From Ostreococcus lucimarinus (lineage: Eukaryota), in the NCBI GenBank assembly GCA_000092065.1, contig CP000584.1: DNA of 64,000 nt; one strand, 5' to 3'. Below the pieces are notes generated by a model. It was not told the origin of the DNA, made no database searches, and saw nothing but the letters and a program-made list of their open reading frames with translations. This document shows, one piece after another, positions 9,158-18,168 of this stretch (positions are counted from its first letter, which is position 1; each line of letters begins with the position of its first letter). Position numbers and translations under genes: made by a program.

Positions 9158-9769
9158 TCACGGATACGCCGCGTTCGCCTTATCCGCCGCCGCCATCTCC
9201 TCTCGCTCCACCAACGCGTCGTAATCCTCCTCGTCCATCAGCGTCGCCGTCGATCCGCTCTCCGCCTCCACCTCCGCCAGCCACGTCTCCGGTCCTCGCA
9301 CGTTCATGTACGGATCCCGCAGCGCCTCCATGTTGTACCGCACCACCTTCACATCGAACGGCGCCGCGATCTCTCTCGTCCCGCTCGCGTTCGCCCATCG
9401 CGAGTGATACAGCTCGTCGCCCGCCGTGCGCGTGAACCCGCTCCAGTGCACCCTCGCGAGCGTCTCCCCCTTCGCCACCGTCTCCCCGCTCGCGCGCGTC
9501 GGCTCCACGCGCGTCGCGTCACCGATCAATTCAAACGCGTACGCGCTCATTCCCACCGCGTACGTCGACCTCGCCCCGTGCGCGTGCGCGCAGTTGACGA
9601 TTTCGTGCGTCGACGTGAACCGAGGCGGTGACGTCGCCGCGGCGTCGCAGCACCCGCGCGCGTCTCCGTCGTGGTTTCCGCGCGTCGCGCGACGCGGCGC
9701 GACGGCGCGCGCATCGCTCGACCGCCTCGACGCGACGTCGCGCGCGAGGCGCGCGAGCGCGCGTCGCAT
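9158..9769 (-). CDS. Glycine-cleavage H-protein-like protein, apparently lacking the lipoyl-lysine, with an Arg-rich N-terminal presequence
   Basis: ORF 9158..10369; internal ATG at 9767-9769 verified. The tail aligns to GcvH ('THEIV...AYAFELIGDATRVEP...TVAKGETLA...APFDVKVVRYNMEALRDPYMNVRGPETWLAEVE' against 'SHEWV...LGEVVFVELPE...VTKGKGFGAVESVKA...[30 protein letters not shown]'). The ESVKA lysine position reads VHWSG. Confidence 0.45.
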   Translation of the reverse strand: MRRALARLARDVASRRSSDARAVAPRRATRGNHDGDARGCCDAAATSPPRFTSTHEIVNCAHAHGARSTYAVGMSAYAFELIGDATRVEPTRASGETVAKGETLARVHWSGFTRTAGDELYHSRWANASGTREIAAPFDVKVVRYNMEALRDPYMNVRGPETWLAEVEAESGSTATLMDEEDYDALVEREEMAAADKANAAYP

Positions 9770-10058
9770 GCGTCGCGTTCTCGCGACGCGCGTCCGCAGC
9801 GCCCGCAGCATGCGACGCGCGCTCGCGCGAGACCGGCGTCGCGCCGTCGGGTCGCGCGACTTCGCGCGCGACCTCGCGCGCGACCTCGCGCGCGAATCGC
9901 GGCGCGCGCGAGGACGCGGCGCGCGCGCGCGCGCGTGGTGGACGTTCGTCGCGGCGTCGGCGTGCGCGTGGGCGCTGACGCGGCGCGCGCGCGAGCGCGA
10001 CGACGCGCGCGCGAACGACGCGCCGAGCGATGCGTTTTGCGCGCGCGCGCGCGATCCC

Positions 10059-10808
10059 ATGGTGTGCGCGCACGGCGGAGAGGTGCTGGAGGGGGAGATG
10101 GCCAACGCCAGGACGGCGCTGGAGCGCGCGGCGCGAGCGGGACACGCGTGCGTGGAGATCGACGTGCAGCGCACGAACGATGGCGCGCTGGTGGCGCTGC
10201 ACGCGCGCGATGTGAAGCGGTACACTCGAGGGGACATCGGAGCGGTGGGAGAGGTGAGCCGGGCGGAGTTGGAGATGTGGAACGAGGGCGACGCGGCGGC
10301 GCTCGATTTCGCGGCGGCGCTCGAAGTCGCGCGACGCGCGAAATTCAAACAAATCACAGTGGATTTCAAGGAAAACGCGCCGTTAGGGCGCGAAGGTCTG
10401 GCGCGGGAGACCGTGGAGGTGGTGCGGTCGATGCGGTGCGACGAGTGCTTGATGTGGGGGAAGGACGACGAGACGATTCGAGAGGCGTTGCGGTTGGGCG
10501 CGCCGCGAGTGGGCTACGTCGTCGCGAATTTCTCTCTCGAAATGCGCGCGAAAGGGTACGATAGATTGACCCGAGGTCGCGTCAGAGGTGCGCACGCGGT
10601 CGCGATACAATCTGAGATGGTGACGCGAGATCTCGTGCGCCGCGCGAGGCGCGCAAAACTAGACGTGCACGTGTGGACGGTGAACGACGACGAAAGGATG
10701 CGTCGTTTTCTCAACTACGGCGTCGATGGCATTCTCACCGACCGCCCGACGCGGCTGAAGGAAACAATAGCCGACTTTCGCGCGCGCTGCGGAAGGGAAC
10801 AGCTCTAG
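10059..10808 (+). CDS. Glycerophosphodiester phosphodiesterase (GDPD) family protein, with a divergent active-site motif (HGG in place of HRG)
   Basis: 'VCAHGGEVLEGEMANARTALERAARAGHACVEIDVQRTNDGALVALHARDV ... VHVWTVNDDERMRRFLNYGVDGILTDRP' is the GDPD fold. The start is uncertain. ATG 10059 gives the bare domain. In-frame ATGs at 9810 and 9768 would add an Arg-rich N-terminus with a hydrophobic segment (WWTFVAASACAWALT) but would overlap the opposite-strand H-protein-like CDS. Confidence 0.55.
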   Translation: MVCAHGGEVLEGEMANARTALERAARAGHACVEIDVQRTNDGALVALHARDVKRYTRGDIGAVGEVSRAELEMWNEGDAAALDFAAALEVARRAKFKQITVDFKENAPLGREGLARETVEVVRSMRCDECLMWGKDDETIREALRLGAPRVGYVVANFSLEMRAKGYDRLTRGRVRGAHAVAIQSEMVTRDLVRRARRAKLDVHVWTVNDDERMRRFLNYGVDGILTDRPTRLKETIADFRARCGREQL

Positions 10809-10851
10809 CTAGTCATGTATTAGTGTACATTATCACACGCGACTCGCCGCT

Positions 10852-11511
10852 CTATTTGCCGCCGCCGAAACCCGAAAATCCCATCATCGCCGCCATCTCC
10901 GGATCGACCCCCGCCGACAACTCATTCAGCGCCGCCTCTTCCTCCGCTCTCTTCTTCGCCTTCCTCGCCTGCTCCTTCGCCTTCTTTCTCGCTCGCATCG
11001 TCTCCTCGTCCGCCTCCGCGATGGCCAACCTCTCCTCGTACGCCTTCGCCTTCCCCCCGTTCGCCTTCTCCTCAGCCTTTCGCTTCTTCACCGCCTCAAA
11101 CTTCGCCCGCACCTGATCCACCGTCGACCGCTCCACCCGCATCGACATCCCTCGCGCCTTCATCTGCTTCTTCCCGTTGATGTGATCCAAATACGCCGCC
11201 GAGTCGTGCAGCACCACCCCCGTCTCCTTGCACTGAAACCCCATCCCGGCGCCCGTCTCCGGGTTCACGATCGACTTCGTCCCCACGCGGCTCTCGATGT
11301 CGCGCTTGTAGTCCCTCTGTATGATCTTATCCACGCGCAGGTCCTCGCGCATGACGATCGCGCCCGCGGCGCCGCGCGCCGGCGGCGCCGGGCGGCCGCC
11401 ATTCTTTTCGGATTCCTTCTCCGCGAGCTCGCGCTCCGCCGCGCGCTTGGCGTACGCGTCGCGGTCCCACTTGCGACGCTGCGTGTTGTCGACGCCCGCC
11501 GCGCCCGCCAT
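10852..11511 (-). CDS. ZMAT2: U4/U6.U5 tri-snRNP protein SNU23 / ZMAT2 (U1-type C2H2 zinc finger)
   Basis: ATG at 11509-11511 verified. 'RRKWDRDAYAKRAAERE...GFQCKETGVVLHDSAAYLDHINGKKQMKARGMSMRVERSTVDQV...EMAAMMGFSGFG' is collinear with human ZMAT2. Confidence 0.85.
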   Translation of the reverse strand: MAGAAGVDNTQRRKWDRDAYAKRAAERELAEKESEKNGGRPAPPARGAAGAIVMREDLRVDKIIQRDYKRDIESRVGTKSIVNPETGAGMGFQCKETGVVLHDSAAYLDHINGKKQMKARGMSMRVERSTVDQVRAKFEAVKKRKAEEKANGGKAKAYEERLAIAEADEETMRARKKAKEQARKAKKRAEEEAALNELSAGVDPEMAAMMGFSGFGGGK

Positions 11512-11602
11512 CGCGCGTCGCGGCGCCGCGCGCGCGTCGCGAAGTGCCGCGACGCGTCGCGACCGCTCGCGGCACAACTCGACGCCTCGACGCGACGCCG
11601 CG
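11512..11602. promoter_or_regulatory. Divergent promoter region between ZMAT2 and cytochrome c (91 bp between start codons)
   Basis: Start codons at 11511 (minus) and 11603 (plus), both verified. The whole spacer reads cgcgcgtcgcggcgccgcgcgcgcgtcgcgaagtgccgcgacgcgtcgcgaccgctcgcggcacaactcgacgcctcgacgcgacgccgcg. Confidence 0.4.
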
Positions 11603-12274
11603 ATGAGCACGTTCAGCGAAGCGCCGGCGGGGAACGCCGCGAAGGGTGCGTCGATCGCGCGGCGACGCGCGGCGCGCGCGACGACGACGCGCGCGCGCGA
11701 GGGAGACGCGAACGCGCGCAAGATGGATGGGTGACGTTGTCGACGCGATCGCGCGCGACGGAACGACGACTGACGACGCGACGACGCGCGCGGTCGACGA
11801 GAACAGGAGCGAAGATTTTTAAGACGAAGTGCGCGCAGTGCCACGTCGCGGAGAAGGGCGGTGGACACAAGCAGGTGCGGACGAGACGACGACGACGCGG
11901 GGATCGCGCGAGGGGCGCGGCGAATCGAGCGCGACGACGCGCTCGATTCGACGCGCGCTCGCGTCGCGAGGGACGACGACGACGCGCGGCGCGCGTGAAT
12001 CGCGACGATCGACTGACGCCGCGACGCACGCTCGATCGCTCGATAGGGTCCTAACCTCGGCGGCTTGTTCGGCCGCGTCTCCGGCACCACGGAGGGTTTC
12101 TCGTACAGCGCGGCGAACAAGAACAAGGGCGTCACATGGAGCGAGAACACCCTGTACGACTACCTGTTGAACCCGAAGAAGTACATTCCGGGCACGAAGA
12201 TGGTCTTCGCCGGTCTGAAGAAGCCGGAAGACCGCGCGGATTTGATCGCGTACCTGAAGGAGAGCACCAAGTAG
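11603..12274 (+). CDS. CYC: Cytochrome c (mitochondrial), three exons: 11603..11645, 11807..11874, 12047..12274
   Basis: The spliced product is [15 protein letters not shown]|[22 protein letters not shown]|[75 protein letters not shown], 112 aa and about 80% identical to Chlamydomonas cyt c. Donors are G|GTGCGT and CAG|GTGCGG, acceptors are gaacag| and cgatag|, and an ACTGACG branch sits in both introns. Confidence 0.9.
11646..11806 (+). other. Spliceosomal intron 1 of cytochrome c (161 nt, phase 1)
   Basis: GTGCGT donor at 11646, GACGACTGACGACG branch at about 11776-11789, acceptor AG at 11805-11806. Splicing restores the conserved [16 protein letters not shown] junction. Confidence 0.8.
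11875..12046 (+). other. Spliceosomal intron 2 of cytochrome c (172 nt, phase 0)
   Basis: GTGCGG donor at 11875, CGACTGACGCC branch at about 12010-12020, acceptor AG at 12045-12046. Splicing restores [13 protein letters not shown]. Confidence 0.8.
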
Positions 12275-12715
12275 GCGTTCGACCTCGCGTTCGCGCGGCT
12301 CGCGCGTCGCGGCGCGCGTCTCTCGCGCGTCCCGCGTCGGTCGTCGCGTCGCATCGAGCTCGTAATATCTTTTAGTCACATGTTGTCCGTCATTTCGCGT
12401 CGCGCTCGCCGAGACGCGCGTCGTCGCGTCGACGCGCGTCGACGCGCCGGCGCCGAGAGCCAAACCCTGTGTGTGCTTTGCGATCGTCAAATTCACTCGC
12501 GCGCGCGAGCGAATCCCTCGTCTTCGCGTCCACGAGCGAAGCGAAACGCCGCGCGTGAACGTTCGCGCGCGCGCGGTCGCGAATCGGTCGACGACCGCGC
12601 GCGATCGCCGCTCGTGGACGCGCGCGATCGCGGAGACGTCAATCGTTGAATCGCATTCGACGTTCTCGCGCGCGCGGCGCTGAAATCGCGCTGACGTCGA
12701 GCGAAATCGCGCGCG

Positions 12716-13993
12716 ATGTACGGTGGCGATGAAGTGAGCGCGGTGGTGATCGATCTCGGGACGCACAGCGTCAAGGCGGGGTACGCGGGACAGGACACGC
12801 CGCAGCACGTGTTTCCGAGCGCCGTCGGCGAGTGCGCGAAGGGCGGGGACGCGGACATGACGGCGGAGGGTGAGAACGCGTCTGCGAGACATTTTGAGGT
12901 GGATAACATGGGAATTAGACGAGACGGGATGGAGGTGACGTCACCGTACGGAGAGAATGGGATGCTGGAGGATTGGGAGGCGGTGGAGGCGATTTGGGAG
13001 CACGCGTTGAAGAAGCGGTTGGCGTTGCAAACGGATGAGCATCCAGTGCTGCTCAGCGAACCCGTGCACAACTCGGATGCGGTACGCGCGAAGATGGTGG
13101 AGCTGATGTTTGAAAAGCACGCGCCGCCGGCGCTGTTTTTGGCGAAGAGTCCTGTGTTGAGCTCGTTCGCCGTCGGGAAAGCGTCGAGCTTGGTGATCGA
13201 CATGGGCGGTAAGCACACGACGGTCTCGGCCATTCACGACGGCTTTGCGCTTCAAAAGTCCGTCGTGCGCTCACCTCTCGGTGGCGAAGCTCTGACGGAT
13301 GTGGTTTTGAAGTATTTAGAGAAGAAAAAGGTTGACGTTCGCCCGCGGTACGCGTTTACGAAGAAGCAGAAGGGCGACGGCGATTTCGACGTCAAGGCGG
13401 TGAATCATCCCAAGACGACGGCATCGTATGCGCTGTTCAAACGTCGTGAGATCATAGAAGATCTTAAAGCGACCGTTTGCACGCTGGACGATCACACGTT
13501 TAACTCGGACGAGCACAAGAATGTGGCGGGCGTGACGTACGAGTTGCCGGATGGGAACACCATCGAGGTCGGCGTCGAACGATTCCAGATCCCGGAGTTG
13601 TTCTTCCAGCCCGAGATATTGCGGGAACTCAATGTGGACGTCCCCGAACTCGGTGAGCTCAAGTCTTTGAAGAGCATCCAAGAACTGGTTTTGGAGTGCA
13701 TCAACAACGCGGACGTCGACGTGCGAAAAGACTTGTGGGGCAGCTTGGTTTTGTGTGGCGGTAGTAGTATGTTCGCTAACATGCGTGAGCGATTGGAAGC
13801 GGCATTGTTCGATCACGCGCCGCAAAACGTAAAGACTAAGGTCGTAGCGAGCATGAACAGCGTCGAGCGTCGCTTCGCGACGTGGATCGGGGGTTCTATT
13901 CTCGCTTCTTTAGGCTCGTTCCAGCAGCTCTGGATGAGTAAGCAAGAGTACGAGGAGCATGGCGCGAACTTGGTTCAGCGCAAGTGTCCGTAG
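12716..13993 (+). CDS. ARP4: Actin-related protein 4 (ARP4/BAF53, chromatin remodelling)
   Basis: ATG at 12716-12718 verified. 'MYGGDEVSAVVIDLGTHSVKAGYAGQDTPQHVFPSAVG' matches the Arp4 N-terminus, and the actin fold runs throughout (425 aa). Confidence 0.8.
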   Translation: MYGGDEVSAVVIDLGTHSVKAGYAGQDTPQHVFPSAVGECAKGGDADMTAEGENASARHFEVDNMGIRRDGMEVTSPYGENGMLEDWEAVEAIWEHALKKRLALQTDEHPVLLSEPVHNSDAVRAKMVELMFEKHAPPALFLAKSPVLSSFAVGKASSLVIDMGGKHTTVSAIHDGFALQKSVVRSPLGGEALTDVVLKYLEKKKVDVRPRYAFTKKQKGDGDFDVKAVNHPKTTASYALFKRREIIEDLKATVCTLDDHTFNSDEHKNVAGVTYELPDGNTIEVGVERFQIPELFFQPEILRELNVDVPELGELKSLKSIQELVLECINNADVDVRKDLWGSLVLCGGSSMFANMRERLEAALFDHAPQNVKTKVVASMNSVERRFATWIGGSILASLGSFQQLWMSKQEYEEHGANLVQRKCP

Positions 13994-14134
13994 TCTCGAG
14001 TGAAATAGCCTTTAATAATCGAGTGTCGAGTGTGATGTAACGTGAACTACAAAGTTGTTGCGCTCGTATCGACTTCGTTTCGGTTGAAAAATTACAGCTA
14101 TTCGGCGTCGCGTCTATGCGTCGTTCAATTCAAA

Positions 14135-14821
14135 TCATCGCTTCATGCGCTTTGCTCGCGAATCGGCGAGGCGTTGCTTCTTGAGATCATCGTAAATGTT
14201 TCTATACTTGTCGTAATCGATCCCGACGTCTTTCTCAGTCTCGGCGCCGATATCCCCCCACAGCTTTTGTTTCTTTTCCCCCGTGCCTTCGAGAACCGTC
14301 TCAAACAAGTTGTTGAATTTTCGTCGACGATCGAGCCAAGCCTCCATCCCTTTCAAAAACGCGTCCTCAATCTTCACGCGCTCACTCTCCGTGATCACCT
14401 CTCCGTTCGCCTTCGCTCGCCGCAACGGTTCGATCTTCTTCTCCAGCGTCTCGTTTTCGTCTTCGACGTCGCGTCTCGCCGCCGCCATCGCCTCCACGCT
14501 CTGCACGTTCCGCAGCGCTCGCAACTGCGATCGCAACCGCCCGACCTCCGCGCTCGCGCGCGCGTTTTCCTCGCTCACCGCCACCGCCTCCGCGCCCATC
14601 GCTCGCAGCGCCTCCGCGTCCGCGACCTCGTCGTCCTGCGTCGCGTAGTACACCTTTTGCTTGCCCGCATCCTTCACTCGAATCGCCCCGTTATCCACCA
14701 GCGCGTCCAAATACTTTTGCGCCAGCCCCTTCTTCACCCCGCTCGCGCCGAGCGCGTCCCCGACGTTCGTCGCGTTCAGCGGCCGATTCATCCGCGCCAC
14801 GTACGCGCGCACCGTCTCCAT
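14135..14821 (-). CDS. HOP2: Homologous-pairing protein 2 (HOP2/TBPIP), a meiotic recombination factor
   Basis: ATG at 14819-14821 verified. The N-terminal winged helix 'YVARMNRPLNATNVGDALGASGVKKGLAQKYLDALVDNGAIRVKDAGKQKVYYATQDD' matches HOP2, followed by coiled coil. Confidence 0.75.
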   Translation of the reverse strand: METVRAYVARMNRPLNATNVGDALGASGVKKGLAQKYLDALVDNGAIRVKDAGKQKVYYATQDDEVADAEALRAMGAEAVAVSEENARASAEVGRLRSQLRALRNVQSVEAMAAARRDVEDENETLEKKIEPLRRAKANGEVITESERVKIEDAFLKGMEAWLDRRRKFNNLFETVLEGTGEKKQKLWGDIGAETEKDVGIDYDKYRNIYDDLKKQRLADSRAKRMKR

Positions 14822-15299
14822 CTCGCGCGTCGATCCCTCGCCCGTTCAAATCGCGCGTCTTCGCGTTTCGTCGCGTCGTCGCGTCGTCTCCTTCGCGTCC
14901 GCGCGTCGCGCCACCGCGCGAACCGTCGACCTCGATCGTCCCACCGCCGTCGAGCGCTCGATCGTCGCGCGCGCGCGCGTGTGCGCGCCGTCGTCGCGCG
15001 CGCGCGGGGTGCCGTCATCGCGATGGCGTTCGAATGATCCGTGTTTTGGACGCGCGCGCCGATCCGCGCGCGCCGTTGGTCGATCCGCGCGCGACACACC
15101 GCGCGCGGCGCACGATCGGCGAGCGCGCGCCCGCGCGAGCGCGCCCGCGAACGACGCGAACGAATTTCCGCGCATCGGAACGCGCGGCGAACGCGCGCGA
15201 ACGACGCGCGCGGAAGACGGGAGCGACGCGCGGAGACGCGAGACGGGACGCGAGCGACGCGCGCGCGGAAACGACGAGAATCGCGCGACGACGGCGACG

Positions 15300-18110
15300 A
15301 TGGCGACGGTGAATCAGGTCGTCGAGCGCGGGTGCTCGATGCTCGTGCATTTCGATCGCGCGACGAGCGCGGTGGAGCTGAAGGAGGCGCTCGAGACGGG
15401 GAACGCGGAAGAGAAGGCGGACGCGATGAAGAAGGTGATCTCGCTGCTGCTGAGCGGGGAGGCGATACCGCAGGTGTTCATCACGATCGTGCGGTACGTG
15501 CTGCCGAGCGACGATCACACGGTGCAAAAGCTTTTGTTGCTGTACATGGAGATGATTGAGAAATGCGGGGCGGATGGGAAGATTTTACCGGAGATGATTT
15601 TGTTGTGTCAAAACTTGCGAAACAATTTGCAACACCCGAATGAGTTTTTGAGAGGGTGCACGCTGCGGTTCTTGTGCCGAATCACGGAGCCGGACCTGTT
15701 GGAGCCGCTGATACCTTCGATCGTGCAAAATTTGGAGCACAGGCACTCGTACGTGCGGAGAAACGCGGTGATGGCGATCAATAAGATTTACGACTTGCCC
15801 GACGGCGAGCACTTGATTCCCGACGCGCCGGAAATCATCGAGTCATTTTTGATGAGCGGGGAAAACGATTTGGGGACGCGTAGGAACGCGTTCTTGATGT
15901 TGTACACGCACGCCCAAGAGCGCGCGGTGAACTATTTGATGAACAATCTGGAATCCGTGTCAAACTGGGGGGACATTTTGCAAACCGTCGTGCTCGACCT
16001 GATTCGCAAGGTTTGCCGCTCGGATCCGACGCAAAAGGGCAAGTACATCAAGGTCATCTTGATGCTGCTCGGTACGAACAACGCATCGGTGGTGTATGAG
16101 TGTGCGAACACCCTCGTGGCGCTTTCGAACGCGCCGACCGCGATCAAGGCGGCGGCCAACTGCTACTGCCAACTCCTCGTGAACCAAAGCGACAACAACG
16201 TCAAGCTCATCGTGCTCGATCGCTTGACTGACTTGAAGAAGGACAACAAAGAATTGTTGCAAGCGATGATCATGGATATCTTACGCGCGATCTCCTCGCC
16301 GAACATCGACATCAAGCGCAAGACGCTCGATTTAGTGCTCGACTTGATCACGCCTCGCAACATCGACGACGTCACGAGCATGTTAAAGACGGAGGTGATC
16401 AAGTCTCAATCTGAGAACACCAGTGAGACTGGAGAGTACCGACAGTTGCTCGTCCAAGCGATTCACAAATGTGCGTTGAAGTTCCCCGAAGTCGCGGGGT
16501 CGGTAATTTACTTGCTCATGGATTTCCTGAGCGACGCGAACAGCGGGAGCTCGGCGGACGTCGCATACTTTGTTCGTGAGATCGCCTTCACGAACAAGTC
16601 GCTGCGTCCGGGGATTATCGAGCACCTGTTAGATTTGTTCTCCACCATTCGTAGCAGCCGAGTGTGCGCGACAGCGCTGTGGATCATCGGTGAGTTTAGC
16701 ACGACGCAGGCGGAGCAAGAGGCGGCGCTCGAAGTCATTCGTATGAGCCTCGGTCCGGCACCGCTCGTCGATGGCCCGGACGGTGAAGAAGAGGACGAAG
16801 ACACCACGGAAACGACGACGCGCCCGGCCGTGTTGGCGGATGGAACGTATGCGACGCAAGCGGCGTACTCGACTTCGGCGGCGATTTCTCAAGTGCCGAA
16901 CTTGCGCGAAATGTTGCTGAAGGGTGACTCCTTCCTTTCGGCGGTGATTGCGAGCACGTTGACCAAGCTTGCGCTCAGAGTGATAGGATCTGGTTCGGTT
17001 CCTCAAGCGCAAAAGAACGCGACACAAGCCGAGTGCATGTTATACATTGTGAGCATGTTGCGCTTGGGAACGAGTGGCAAAGTGCCGATCGAAATGGATA
17101 GAGACTCTAAGGCTCGGTTGGAGTTATGCTTCCACGTCATCGGTCATCCGGAAGAGGCGGATACCGACGTCTGGTTGAAATCGTGCGGAGAATCTTTCGC
17201 TTTGATGATTGAAGAAAAGCTTAGACGCGAATCTCAGGCGAGCGCGAACTCCGACGCCGCACCAGTCGCGCAGGCTGACGATTTGATTGATTTCCATCAT
17301 CTCAAGTCGCGCAAGGGTATGACGCAACTTGAGATTGAAGATGCCGTCGCGACCGATCTCGCCCGAGCCACTGGTTTCATGGACTCGGTCAAGAAGAACG
17401 GACGTAGCCTCGACCGCGTGATGCAACTCACCGGTTTGAGCGACACAGTCTACGCGGAGACGTACGTCACCGTGCACCAGTACGACATCACGCTTGACGT
17501 GACGATGATCAATAGAACGGACGAGCCGCTGCAAAACGTCATGTTGGAACTTTCCACCATGGGTGATTTGAAGCTTGTTGAGCGTCCTCAACCATTTTCG
17601 TTACCACCGTTCGGTTCTCACAACCTGAGAGCGAGCATCAAGGTGAGCTCGACCGAAACGGGAGTCATCTTCGGCAACATCGTGTACGAGACCGCTCGCT
17701 CCGATCGTAATGTCATCGTGTTGAACGACGTGCACATTGATATCATGGATTACATCATCCCCGCGACGTGCAGCGACACGGTGTTTAGAAGCATGTGGGC
17801 TGAATTCGAGTGGGAGAACAAGGTTGCCGTGAGCACAAACATCACCGACGTTCGCAAGTATTTGGATCATATCGTGACTAGCACGAATATGAAGTGCCTC
17901 ACTCCGCCGAGCGCGCTCGATGGCGAATGCGGGTTTCTGGCCGCCAACTTGTACGCCAAGTCCGTGTTCGGCGAAGACGCGCTGGTAAACGTTTCGATCG
18001 AGAGCAACGACGGTGAGATCAGTGGCTTCATCCGAATCCGCTCGAAGACGCAAGGCATCGCGCTTTCGCTCGGCGATAAGATCACGCTGAAGCAATCGAT
18101 CGAAATCTAG
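15300..18110 (+). CDS. COPB1: Coatomer subunit beta (COPB1)
   Basis: ATG at 15300-15302 verified; 936 aa. The N-terminal adaptin trunk 'KKVISLLLSGEAIPQVFITIVRYVLPSDDHTVQKLLLLYMEMIEK' is collinear with COPB1. Everything in track ORF 14661.. upstream of 15300 is antisense to HOP2. Confidence 0.9.
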   Translation: MATVNQVVERGCSMLVHFDRATSAVELKEALETGNAEEKADAMKKVISLLLSGEAIPQVFITIVRYVLPSDDHTVQKLLLLYMEMIEKCGADGKILPEMILLCQNLRNNLQHPNEFLRGCTLRFLCRITEPDLLEPLIPSIVQNLEHRHSYVRRNAVMAINKIYDLPDGEHLIPDAPEIIESFLMSGENDLGTRRNAFLMLYTHAQERAVNYLMNNLESVSNWGDILQTVVLDLIRKVCRSDPTQKGKYIKVILMLLGTNNASVVYECANTLVALSNAPTAIKAAANCYCQLLVNQSDNNVKLIVLDRLTDLKKDNKELLQAMIMDILRAISSPNIDIKRKTLDLVLDLITPRNIDDVTSMLKTEVIKSQSENTSETGEYRQLLVQAIHKCALKFPEVAGSVIYLLMDFLSDANSGSSADVAYFVREIAFTNKSLRPGIIEHLLDLFSTIRSSRVCATALWIIGEFSTTQAEQEAALEVIRMSLGPAPLVDGPDGEEEDEDTTETTTRPAVLADGTYATQAAYSTSAAISQVPNLREMLLKGDSFLSAVIASTLTKLALRVIGSGSVPQAQKNATQAECMLYIVSMLRLGTSGKVPIEMDRDSKARLELCFHVIGHPEEADTDVWLKSCGESFALMIEEKLRRESQASANSDAAPVAQADDLIDFHHLKSRKGMTQLEIEDAVATDLARATGFMDSVKKNGRSLDRVMQLTGLSDTVYAETYVTVHQYDITLDVTMINRTDEPLQNVMLELSTMGDLKLVERPQPFSLPPFGSHNLRASIKVSSTETGVIFGNIVYETARSDRNVIVLNDVHIDIMDYIIPATCSDTVFRSMWAEFEWENKVAVSTNITDVRKYLDHIVTSTNMKCLTPPSALDGECGFLAANLYAKSVFGEDALVNVSIESNDGEISGFIRIRSKTQGIALSLGDKITLKQSIEI

Positions 18111-18168
18111 ACGTGTTTAATCAAATAGCAGCATATGACGTTACAAACCGATCATCGACGCGCCGTAA

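Noticed and set aside
9766-9771. A truly shared bidirectional start codon (GCATGC) for the H-protein-like and GDPD-like genes
   Set aside because: Any CATG offers an ATG to both strands. Overlapping start codons would require each mRNA's 5' UTR to lie inside the other's CDS. More likely at least the GDPD-like gene uses a downstream ATG (9810 or 10059), so I have reported it as uncertain, not as a feature.
11646-12046. Introns as copies of a mobile 'introner element'
   Set aside because: Beyond the splice signals and the GACGACTGACGACG branch region the intron bodies are just low-complexity GC-rich sequence (acgacg runs) with no shared extended core. They also differ in length (100-211 nt). 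I cannot claim a repeat family without a genome-wide comparison.
12690-12716. Possible 5'-UTR intron acceptor (gcgctgacgtcgag|cg) just upstream of the ARP4 ATG
   Set aside because: The N-terminus MYGGDEV... already matches Arp4 starts. The motif is 'ctgac' without the leading A, and no donor is identifiable, so I left ARP4 as a single exon.
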